From contig JBKJLC010000130.1 of NCBI GenBank assembly GCA_046597055.1, positions 1 to 12,626 of the forward strand: 12,626 nucleotides of DNA, in the 5' to 3' direction. A program made the position numbers and the translations under genes. Every line of letters starts with the position of its first letter. The stretch's first letter is position 1. Under the pieces are notes generated by a model. It was not told where the DNA came from and searched no databases. It saw only the letters and a program-made list of their open reading frames with translations. The stretch is from Kofleriaceae bacterium (lineage in GTDB: Bacteria > Myxococcota_A > Polyangia > Haliangiales > Haliangiaceae). Shown piece after piece: positions 1 through 6,451 of this stretch.

Positions 1-142
1 GAGCGCCGCGGCCGACGTGGCGGGTGCGCTGGCCGTCGCGGTGCGGACCGCGGGCGCCGCGCCGGTCGGTGGTGCGCCGCGGCGCCGGCCAGCGGTGACG
101 AGATCGTCCACGCCGGCGCGCCGACGACGAGCGTGCGACGGC

Positions 143-271
143 GGGGCTGATGGGTTGGTTCAGCCCCTTGCGCGCGCACGGAATGCGCCAGCTCGCATCC
201 GCCCCGCGGGTCAGCTCGTCGCTGTCACATCCCGTGCGCGTTCTTGGGGCATGAACCAACCCATCAGCCCC
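143..271. repeat. ~50-bp imperfect inverted repeat (arms 143-192 and 221-271) overlapping the start of the four-helix-bundle gene
   Basis: 143-162 GGGGCTGATGGGTTGGTTCA is the exact reverse complement of 252-271 TGAACCAACCCATCAGCCCC. Pairing continues inward to 192/221, giving 43 of 51 Watson-Crick pairs by manual alignment with a 28-nt loop. Confidence 0.9.
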
Positions 272-616
272 TCGCGTCTCCTGTCCCGCTTCGTCGCATA
301 TCGCGTCGCGCTCGAGGCGTTCCGCCTTGTCGCCGTCGCCACCAAGCGCTGGCGCGGCTGGGCGCACCTCGTCGACCAGGCCCGTCGTGCCGCGTCCAGC
401 GTCACGCACAACTTGGCCGAGGGCAACGCGCACCCGCCCAACTCGCCCGAGCGCCGGCGCTACCGGCGCATCGCCCTCGCGTCGGCGATCGAGCTCGAGG
501 CCGCGCTCGACAACGCGGCCGTCGCGGAGCTCGGCGACCCCGGCGAGCTCGCCGCCGCGCGCGCCGCCGCGGGGCGCTCCGCCGCGCTGTGCACGGCGCT
601 GTGCCGCACGCGGTGA
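251..616 (+). CDS. Four-helix-bundle protein (23S rRNA intervening-sequence protein / Avd-like family), 121 aa
   Basis: ATG251 within ORF 17..616. LVDQARRAASSVTHNLAEG...ERRRYRRIALASAIELEAAL matches the family pattern DQxRRAAxSxxxNxAEG...IAxxSxxE. The upstream extension (17-250) is low-complexity and not protein-like. Confidence 0.85.
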   Translation: MNQPISPSRLLSRFVAYRVALEAFRLVAVATKRWRGWAHLVDQARRAASSVTHNLAEGNAHPPNSPERRRYRRIALASAIELEAALDNAAVAELGDPGELAAARAAAGRSAALCTALCRTR

Positions 617-735
617 ACCGCCCGGCCTCCGCTGGGGCGCCCGCCGGCCTCGAGCGAGCTCGGCCGGCTCCCGCGGCGCGCGAATTTGTGATCTGGTCGC
701 GGCGGCCGAAGGCCAAGCGCGAGCCGCTGATCCCA

Positions 736-1160
736 ATGTTTTCCGCGGAGCTCGAGGGCGCCGACCTCGGCGATGGGGGACTCGGTCGCCGCCTGGGCCT
801 GCTGGCCGACCGCCTGGCCAAGCGGCCGGCCGTCAGCTTTCCGCATGCGCTGGACGAGGCCGAGCTGGAGGCGGCGTACCGGTTCTTTGGCAACGACCGC
901 GTGACGCCCGAGGAGATCCTCGAGCCGCACTTGCAGGCGTCCGCGCGGCGGGCGGGCGAGCGAGCACGCGCGCGTCCTGGTCGTGCACGACACGACCGAA
1001 TTCGAGTTCGGCGGCCACGCCAAACGAGCTGGGCTGGGTCGGCTGTTGCGTCCAGGCCCGGGATTCTTCGGCCATTTCGCGATGGCCGTGAGTGCCGACG
1101 GTCGTCGAGATCCGTTTGGTCTCCGCTCGGTGGAGACCGTGTTCCGGTACACGAAAGCCA
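736..1160 (+). pseudogene. IS4-family (Tn5/IS50-like) transposase fragment, frameshifted and 3'-truncated
   Basis: The frame from ATG736 reads ELEGADLGDGGLGRRL...PAVSFPHAL-DEAELEAAYRFFGNDRVTPEEILEPHL, the Tn5-type DNA-binding domain. After a CGAG duplication at 957-964 the next frame continues HARVLVVHDTTEFEF...GLGRL...GFFGHFAMAV...PFGL, which includes the first DDE aspartate. The later DRE and YxxRWxIE motifs are absent. The 3' limit is approximate. Confidence 0.85.
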
Positions 1161-1234
1161 TGGCGCGGATCCGTGCGATCCCGAACGCGGCCGCCTGCCG
1201 GGCGGCGGCGGCTGGCTGTCGCCCGGGTCTGCGC

Positions 1235-1240
1235 TAGCAT
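1235..1240 (+). promoter_or_regulatory. Putative -10 box TAGCAT, 9 nt before ATG1250
   Basis: TAnnnT hexamer in a GC-rich context with no Shine-Dalgarno sequence between it and the ATG. The same hexamer precedes two other starts in the window. Confidence 0.45.
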
Positions 1241-1249
1241 GCGCGCCGC

Positions 1250-2554
1250 ATGCGCATCCTCGGCGTCGGCGACACTCTCGATCTCGGCGACATGTACCTG
1301 CGGCTGGCCGCGCAGGGGCACGAGGTGCGGGTCCACGTCGCCGAGGAGGACGCGCGCGACGTGCTGGGCGGGATGATCACGCTCGGCGGCGCCTGGGACG
1401 ACGACCTGGCGTGGGTCGGGCGCGACGGGCTGCTGGTGTTCGAGACCGCGACCCGCGGCGCGACGCAGGACGCGCTGCGCGCCGACGGCTACCGGGTCGT
1501 CGGTGGCAGCGCGCTCGGCGACTCGCTCGAGCAGGACCGGGAGCTGGGCCAGGCCGCGCTGCGCGAGGTCGGGCTGACCACGCTGCCGACCCACCGGTTC
1601 GCGTCGTTCGACGAGGCGATGGCGTTCGTCGCGCGCGCGCCGGCGCGCTACGTCCTGAAGTTCAACGGCTACGGCTGGGCCACGATGCGCAACTACGTCG
1701 CGATGCGCGACGACGGTGCCGACCTGCTCGGGATGCTCGCGCACCAGCGCGCGCGCTGGACGTTCGACCACGCCCCCGACTTCGTGCTCATGCAGCACGC
1801 GCGCGGGGTCGAGGTCGGGGTCGGGGCGTACTTCGACGGCACCGGGTTCCTGTCGCCCCCGAACCTCGACTGGGAGCACAAGCGCTACTTCAACGGCGAT
1901 CTCGGCGAGCTCACCGGCGAGATGGGCACCGTGGTCACCTACCGGGGCGCCGAGCGGCTGTTCGACGCCACGTTGGCCCGGCTGGCGCCGCGGCTCGCGG
2001 CCGGTGGGCACCGCGGCTACCTCAACCTCAACACCATCATCAACGACGACGGGGTGTGGCCACTGGAGCTGACCTGTCGGTTCGGATATCCGGGCTACTC
2101 GATCCTCGAGGCGCTCCAGGTCGAGCCGTGGGACCGGCTGCTCGCGCGCATGGCCGACGGTCACGCGGCGACCGCTGCGACCGGCTTCGAGACCCACGAC
2201 GGGTATGCGGTCGGGGTCGTGCTCACCGTGCCGCCGTTCCCGTACAGCGAGGGCTACCCGCGGCTGTCGAAGGGGATGCCGATCCACATCCCGGCCGAGC
2301 TCACGGCCGAGGATCGCGAGCACCTGCACTTCGCCGAGGTCGCGCGCGATGGCGACCGCCTGGTGACCGCCGGCAGCGTCGGCTACATCATGGTGGTGAC
2401 CGGGCGCGGGCCGACCGTGGTCGAGGCCCAGCGCGCGGCCTACCGCCGGGCCGAGGCGATCTCGATCCCGAACGTGCGCTACCGCACCGACATCGGCGAC
2501 AAGCTGGTCGCGCGCGATCACGCCGAGCTGGTCCGGCTGGGATGGCTGGCGTGA
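1250..2554 (+). CDS. Divergent PurD-like (phosphoribosylamine-glycine ligase family) ATP-grasp ligase, 434 aa
   Basis: LEQDRELG, VLKFNG, WEHKRYFNGDLGELTGEMGT (PurD: QDHKRxxDGDxGPNTGGMGA), PLELTCRFGYP (PurD: LEFNxRFGDPE), and a C-terminal VTAG...VTGRGPTVVEAQRAAY...YRTDIG GARS-C-like domain. It lacks the canonical GSGGREH and GPE motifs. Confidence 0.8.
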   Translation: MRILGVGDTLDLGDMYLRLAAQGHEVRVHVAEEDARDVLGGMITLGGAWDDDLAWVGRDGLLVFETATRGATQDALRADGYRVVGGSALGDSLEQDRELGQAALREVGLTTLPTHRFASFDEAMAFVARAPARYVLKFNGYGWATMRNYVAMRDDGADLLGMLAHQRARWTFDHAPDFVLMQHARGVEVGVGAYFDGTGFLSPPNLDWEHKRYFNGDLGELTGEMGTVVTYRGAERLFDATLARLAPRLAAGGHRGYLNLNTIINDDGVWPLELTCRFGYPGYSILEALQVEPWDRLLARMADGHAATAATGFETHDGYAVGVVLTVPPFPYSEGYPRLSKGMPIHIPAELTAEDREHLHFAEVARDGDRLVTAGSVGYIMVVTGRGPTVVEAQRAAYRRAEAISIPNVRYRTDIGDKLVARDHAELVRLGWLA

Positions 2555-3405
2555 GCGACGCCGGCGCCGACATCCTGGCCCGCTACCGGGCGGGCACGCT
2601 CAGCGCGGAGGTCGCGCTGATGCAGCTGCTGATCGAGTACGAGGACGACGCGCGGGTCGCGCAGCTGGTCGCCGACGAGCCGGCGCTGGCCGAGCGGTGC
2701 GCCCGCCACGCCGCCGGGACCCGCCGCATCGTGGCGATGCTGCGCTCGGGCATGGACAGCTCGGAGCCGGCGACCACCGTCGACGCCGGCCTCGCCCACA
2801 CCCGGCGGCTGTTCGACTGGTCGGTGCAGCAGTCGGAGGAGGCCAGCGTCGCCCTGTACTCGCTGGGCAGCGCCGAGGTCCTGGCCGCGGCGACCGCCGA
2901 GCTGGTCGCGCTGTACCAGGTCCGGGGCTGGGTCAGGCCCGACCGCGCGATCTTGCAGATCGGGTGCGGCATCGGCCGGCTGGAGCTGGCGCTGGCGCCG
3001 CTGGTCCGCGAGGCCCACGGCATCGACGTGTCCGCCAACATGATCGCGGCCGCGCGTCGCCGCTGCGCGCACCTGCCCAACGTCGCGCTGGCGGTCACCG
3101 AGGGCCGCGACCTGCGCAGGTACGACGACGCACGGTTCGGGCTGGTCCACGCGATCGACACGATGCCGTACCTGGTCCAGGCCGGCGGCGCGCTGGCCGA
3201 GGTCCACGTCCGCGAGGCGGCGCGGGTGCTGACGCCCGGCGGCGACCTCGTGATCGGCAACTTCTCGTACCACGGCGATCTCGAGCGCGATCGGCACGAG
3301 GTCGCCCGGCTCGCCGACCTGGCCGGGCTCGAGCTGCTAGTGGCGGGCGAGCGACCGTTCGCGCTGTGGGATGGCGCGCTGTTCCATCTGCGCCGCCCCG
3401 GCTGA
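2551..3405 (+). CDS. Class I SAM-dependent methyltransferase, ~284 aa
   Basis: C-terminal part of ORF 244..3405. GTG2551 overlaps the upstream stop as GTGA (ATG2542 is an alternative start). Motifs ILQIGCGIGR, GIDVSANMI and ARVLTPGG. Confidence 0.85.
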   Translation: MSDAGADILARYRAGTLSAEVALMQLLIEYEDDARVAQLVADEPALAERCARHAAGTRRIVAMLRSGMDSSEPATTVDAGLAHTRRLFDWSVQQSEEASVALYSLGSAEVLAAATAELVALYQVRGWVRPDRAILQIGCGIGRLELALAPLVREAHGIDVSANMIAAARRRCAHLPNVALAVTEGRDLRRYDDARFGLVHAIDTMPYLVQAGGALAEVHVREAARVLTPGGDLVIGNFSYHGDLERDRHEVARLADLAGLELLVAGERPFALWDGALFHLRRPG

Positions 3406-4263
3406 TCGATCGACGCCGAGCTCGGCGCGATAGCGGACGAAGCAGCGCCGGCCGGCTTCGAGCCGGATGAGCGCGCCCTCGGCGATCGCCGCGGCCGCGT
3501 CGGGCTCGGCGGCGACGATGGGGGCCAGCACCTCCCGGCACCACGCCTCGGAGTGCTTGACGTCGAGCGTCGCGTGCAGCGCGAAGTACTGGCGGCTGCG
3601 CGCGGCCACGCCCAGCCGGCGCAGCGCCTCGTTCACCAGCGTGGCCCGACCCGGCGCGGTCAGCTCGATCACGCCGAGCGCGCCGATCGCGTGATACGCG
3701 TAGCGACGGTTGGCCGCCATCGCCAGCATCAGGTTGCCCAGGGCCAGGCTCTCCCAGACCACGGGGACCGTCGTGGCGAGCTCGTCGATCGCGAGCGCGT
3801 CGGCGAGCCGGCCGAGCATGGGGCCGTGCATGCCGCGCTCGACACCGCGGCCCATCTCGTCCCAGTAGTTGCGGGCCATCTCGAGCTTGGGTTGCGCGGG
3901 CAGGCGCAGCTGGGCGAGCGCGACCAGGTCGTCGAAGCCAGCCTCGCCGGCCACTTCCTGACACAGGAACCAGCGGACCTGCTCGAAGGAGGCCGTCCGG
4001 GCCAGCCAGGGAAACAACGGATCGTGCTGGCCGGGCCCGTTGGCCTCGAGGGCCTCGAACCAGGCGACGAACCCGCGCGGGTCGTACGGGGCCTGGGCCG
4101 CGCGGTCGGCCACCGCGGCGCGCTCGGTCTCGACCAGCTCGCCCTCGAGCAGCCGTAGCTCGTGCTCGCGATCGAGCGCTTCTCGCCAGCGTGCGTCCGG
4201 CAGCGCGGGCGCCAGGCGGTCCTGGTTGAGCGCGGCCAGTCGCTGATGTTGGTCGGAGATCAT
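3337..4263 (-). CDS. Heme-oxygenase-like diiron oxidase (HDO; iron-containing redox enzyme family), ~308 aa
   Basis: Candidate iron ligands in NYWDEMGRG...MHGPML, GVIEL and FALHATLDVKH (HxxxDxxH), as in CADD/SznF-type enzymes. Start set at ATG4263 because the 51-codon upstream extension lies in the structured intergenic region. Confidence 0.85.
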   Translation of the reverse strand: MISDQHQRLAALNQDRLAPALPDARWREALDREHELRLLEGELVETERAAVADRAAQAPYDPRGFVAWFEALEANGPGQHDPLFPWLARTASFEQVRWFLCQEVAGEAGFDDLVALAQLRLPAQPKLEMARNYWDEMGRGVERGMHGPMLGRLADALAIDELATTVPVVWESLALGNLMLAMAANRRYAYHAIGALGVIELTAPGRATLVNEALRRLGVAARSRQYFALHATLDVKHSEAWCREVLAPIVAAEPDAAAAIAEGALIRLEAGRRCFVRYRAELGVDRSAGAAQMEQRAIPQRERSLARH

Positions 4264-4268
4264 TCCGC

Positions 4269-4274
4269 ACCATA
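4269..4274 (-). promoter_or_regulatory. Putative -10 box TATGGT, 5 nt before ATG4263
   Basis: The minus strand reads TATGGT-GCGGA-ATG with no Shine-Dalgarno sequence. Confidence 0.4.
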
Positions 4275-4333
4275 GCCGCGCGACCGAGATGCGCACGTCG
4301 ACTGCGCGGTCGTGTGGCGGGACGGAGATCTTC

Positions 4334-4357
4334 CTAGTCTTGGAGACCGTACTCCAT
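4334..4357 (-). CDS. Candidate micro-ORF MEYGLQD (7 aa)
   Basis: The minus strand reads AGGAG-ATCT-ATG GAG TAC GGT CTC CAA GAC TAG. It is co-oriented between the methyltransferase and HDO genes. The SD spacing is short (4 nt), so it could be chance. Confidence 0.25.
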   Translation of the reverse strand: MEYGLQD

Positions 4358-4451
4358 AGATCTCCTGCAGAAGGCAGACCTCGCACCTGACTCGTGACCC
4401 CGGACCCCGGCGTCATTGTTGACCGCTTCGCTCCGCTCGCTGGGGGCTAAC

Positions 4452-5387
4452 TTAGCCCACCACGGTGGCGCACAGCGCGACCGCGGCGATCCGCTCGACC
4501 GCTTGATAGGCCGGGCGGTCGAGCTCCTCGCCGAAGACGTCGGGGTCGAGCTCGGCGTAGGTCCAGCGGGCGCGGCGCGCCTCGAGGCGCGGGCGGGCCG
4601 CGTCGAGGAATCGGTCGCGCCCGTCGACGATCGGCGCGCCGGTGTACACGATCACGCGCCCCCCCGGCGCCAGCCGGGCGAGCGCCTCGTCGAGGATGCG
4701 GACCGCGAGCGCGGTGCCCAGCCCGTCGCCGCCGTGGCGATAGGCCCGGGCCTGGTCGTCGACCAGGTACGGCGGGTTGGCGATCACGAGGTCGAACCGA
4801 CCGTCGACGCTGGCGAGCACGTCGGACTCGATCCGCTCGACCCGGGCGGCGACCCCGGCCAGCGCCGCATTGACGCCGGCCATCGCGAGCGCGCGCGGGT
4901 TGATGTCGGTCAGGACCAGCTGATCGACCCGGCCGGCCAGCGACAGGCCGCCGGCCCCCGAGCCGGCGCCCACGTCGATCACCCGCCGCGCGGTCACCAC
5001 CTCGCGCGCCAGGACCGCGCAGAACCGGTAGGTGTCGGGTCCGAAGAAGACCGCGTCGCTGGCCACGGTGGGATAGGCCGAGTGCACGTACAGCTGGTCG
5101 CCCAGCGTCGAGAAGCGCACGCGCGGCTGCCACAGGTCGCCGTGCGGCTCGACCGCGTCGGCGGCGCGCAAGGCGTCGAGCATGCCCGGGGGGAACAGCG
5201 CGGTGGGGGCGGGTCGGCTCCAGCCGAAGACGTCGCGCAGGTCGGCGGCGACGTCGGGGCCCCGGCGGTGGACCCGCGCGTGGGTGGCCGGCGTGGTGGT
5301 GATGAACCGGTAGCCGCTCGCGGTCAGCATGCGGCCGACCGTCACCAGGGCGTCATGGGGAGTGCTCGGTGCAGTGGCGGCGGTCAC
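4452..5387 (-). CDS. HemK/PrmC-like class I SAM methyltransferase (NPPY type), ~311 aa
   Basis: Motifs VFFGPDTYRF, IDVGAGSGAG, TDINPRA, DLVIANPPY and LAPGG. GTG5387 overlaps the thaumatin stop as GTGA; stop TAA at 4452-4454. Confidence 0.85.
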   Translation of the reverse strand: MTAATAPSTPHDALVTVGRMLTASGYRFITTTPATHARVHRRGPDVAADLRDVFGWSRPAPTALFPPGMLDALRAADAVEPHGDLWQPRVRFSTLGDQLYVHSAYPTVASDAVFFGPDTYRFCAVLAREVVTARRVIDVGAGSGAGGLSLAGRVDQLVLTDINPRALAMAGVNAALAGVAARVERIESDVLASVDGRFDLVIANPPYLVDDQARAYRHGGDGLGTALAVRILDEALARLAPGGRVIVYTGAPIVDGRDRFLDAARPRLEARRARWTYAELDPDVFGEELDRPAYQAVERIAAVALCATVVG

Positions 5388-6355
5388 GGGCAGAACACGA
5401 CCTCGAAGCTGGTATCGGCCCGGCACGCGTGCAACCCGGCCGCGTCGTCATACGAGTAGCTGTACGCGGTCGGGCACATCGCATGGACCGCCTCAACGTA
5501 GCTGGTGTGCACCACGCTGAGCGGATCGGCCTCGGCGCGGCACGCCTCGGGCGTCATGCAGTGGTTGGCGAGGGTGCACGCCGCGGGATCCGCGGTCGGC
5601 GTCGGGCAGCACATGTGCAGGCCCGGATCCTCGCTCTCGGGCCGCGCGAGCCCGTACGGCGCCGGGTAGTTCCACTTCTTGCACGGCGCCAGGCACGCGA
5701 TCGTCTTGTTCGGATCGTCCGGATCTCGGACACGTAGATCCAGGCTCGCGTACTGCGGGAACCCGCCGCCGCCGCTGAGATCTTCGTTGCCGGGGCAGCG
5801 GTCGAGCGACAGCGCCGAGCAATCCGACACCGTGCAGGTCCCGAGTCCCGCGCCCGGCCCCTTGGGAAACACCGCGAACGGCAGCGTGTACCCGTCGACC
5901 TGGCTCAGGTTGTAGAAGGTCTCGAGCCCACCCCCGACGGCGGCGAAGGTCGCCTCGAACTTCGAGTCCACCGGCGGCTGGCAGCCGGTCGGCCCGCACG
6001 GCCGCCCGCCGCCCTCGCCGTTGTCGCCGATCTTGCACGCGTGCCCGGTCGCATCGCAGCCCTGCTTCGGCCAGAACCGGGTCGCCGACAGGCCCGCCGC
6101 GGGGATCGCGTAGTCGTGGAAGTCGCCCTTCGCCAGCCGCACGTTCTGGGCATCGGTCACGTTGTCCGAGTGCGCGATCCAGATCGGCGCGTCGCACTGG
6201 CTGGTCACCCGCAGCCGGGTCGGCTGCGGCCGGGTGCCCGCGTCGCGATCCGCCACCCGCGCATCCGCCTCCCCCTCGCGGCCCCCGTCCCGCGCCCCGT
6301 CCGGGCTCCCACCACATCCAGCAGCCAGCATCATCACCGCGAAGACCGCCTTCAT
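5384..6355 (-). CDS. Thaumatin/osmotin-family (PR-5-like) lipoprotein, ~323 aa
   Basis: Signal peptide with lipobox MKAVFAVMMLAAG-C. Thaumatin hallmarks RFWPKQGC...CKIGD, KFEATF, FYNLSQVDGYTLP, CLAPC, CCP, CPTAYSYSYDD and a terminal FEVVFCP. There are 18 Cys after the lipobox Cys. Confidence 0.88.
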   Translation of the reverse strand: MKAVFAVMMLAAGCGGSPDGARDGGREGEADARVADRDAGTRPQPTRLRVTSQCDAPIWIAHSDNVTDAQNVRLAKGDFHDYAIPAAGLSATRFWPKQGCDATGHACKIGDNGEGGGRPCGPTGCQPPVDSKFEATFAAVGGGLETFYNLSQVDGYTLPFAVFPKGPGAGLGTCTVSDCSALSLDRCPGNEDLSGGGGFPQYASLDLRVRDPDDPNKTIACLAPCKKWNYPAPYGLARPESEDPGLHMCCPTPTADPAACTLANHCMTPEACRAEADPLSVVHTSYVEAVHAMCPTAYSYSYDDAAGLHACRADTSFEVVFCP

Positions 6356-6362
6356 GGTCCGG

Positions 6363-6368
6363 ATGCTA
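6363..6368 (-). promoter_or_regulatory. Putative -10 box TAGCAT, 7 nt before ATG6355
   Basis: The minus strand reads TAGCAT-CCGGACC-ATG, nearly identical to TAGCAT-CCGGTC-ATG at 9175-9189. Confidence 0.5.
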
Positions 6369-6451
6369 CCGCGCGCCCGCGCGCCACCGGCGCCCTTCCG
6401 CCGCGTCACGCACCATCGTTACTCCGCACCGTCCCGAGGTGGGCGGACCCG

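Noticed and set aside
251..616. Diversity-generating retroelement suggested by the Avd-like gene
   Set aside because: No reverse transcriptase and no TR/VR direct-repeat pair with adenine-specific mismatches were seen in the window. The nearby repeat is inverted.
643..668. GC hairpin GCCGGCC...GGCCGGC after the four-helix-bundle stop, as a terminator or IS end
   Set aside because: It is an all-GC stem with no U-tract, and no matching terminal inverted repeat for the IS was found.
1250..2554. Assigning the gene symbol purD
   Set aside because: Key PurD motifs are missing or altered and there is no pur gene context.
244..3405. 1053-aa ORF appearing to fuse a transposase N-terminus with a methyltransferase
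   Set aside because: The middle is an Arg/Ala/Gly-rich shadow frame of the PurD-like gene. The continuity results from the IS frameshift plus stop-poor high-GC DNA.
1131..4350. Direct repeat TGGAGACCGT at 1131-1140 and 4341-4350 as a possible target-site duplication
   Set aside because: 10-bp matches are expected by chance in 12.6 kb of biased DNA, and one copy lies inside the transposase coding remnant.
4452..5387. Assigning prmC/hemK or a DNA adenine methyltransferase
   Set aside because: NPPY is shared across these groups. The N-terminus and the FFGPDTY motif differ from PrmC (LIPRPETE), and no prfA or restriction gene is adjacent.
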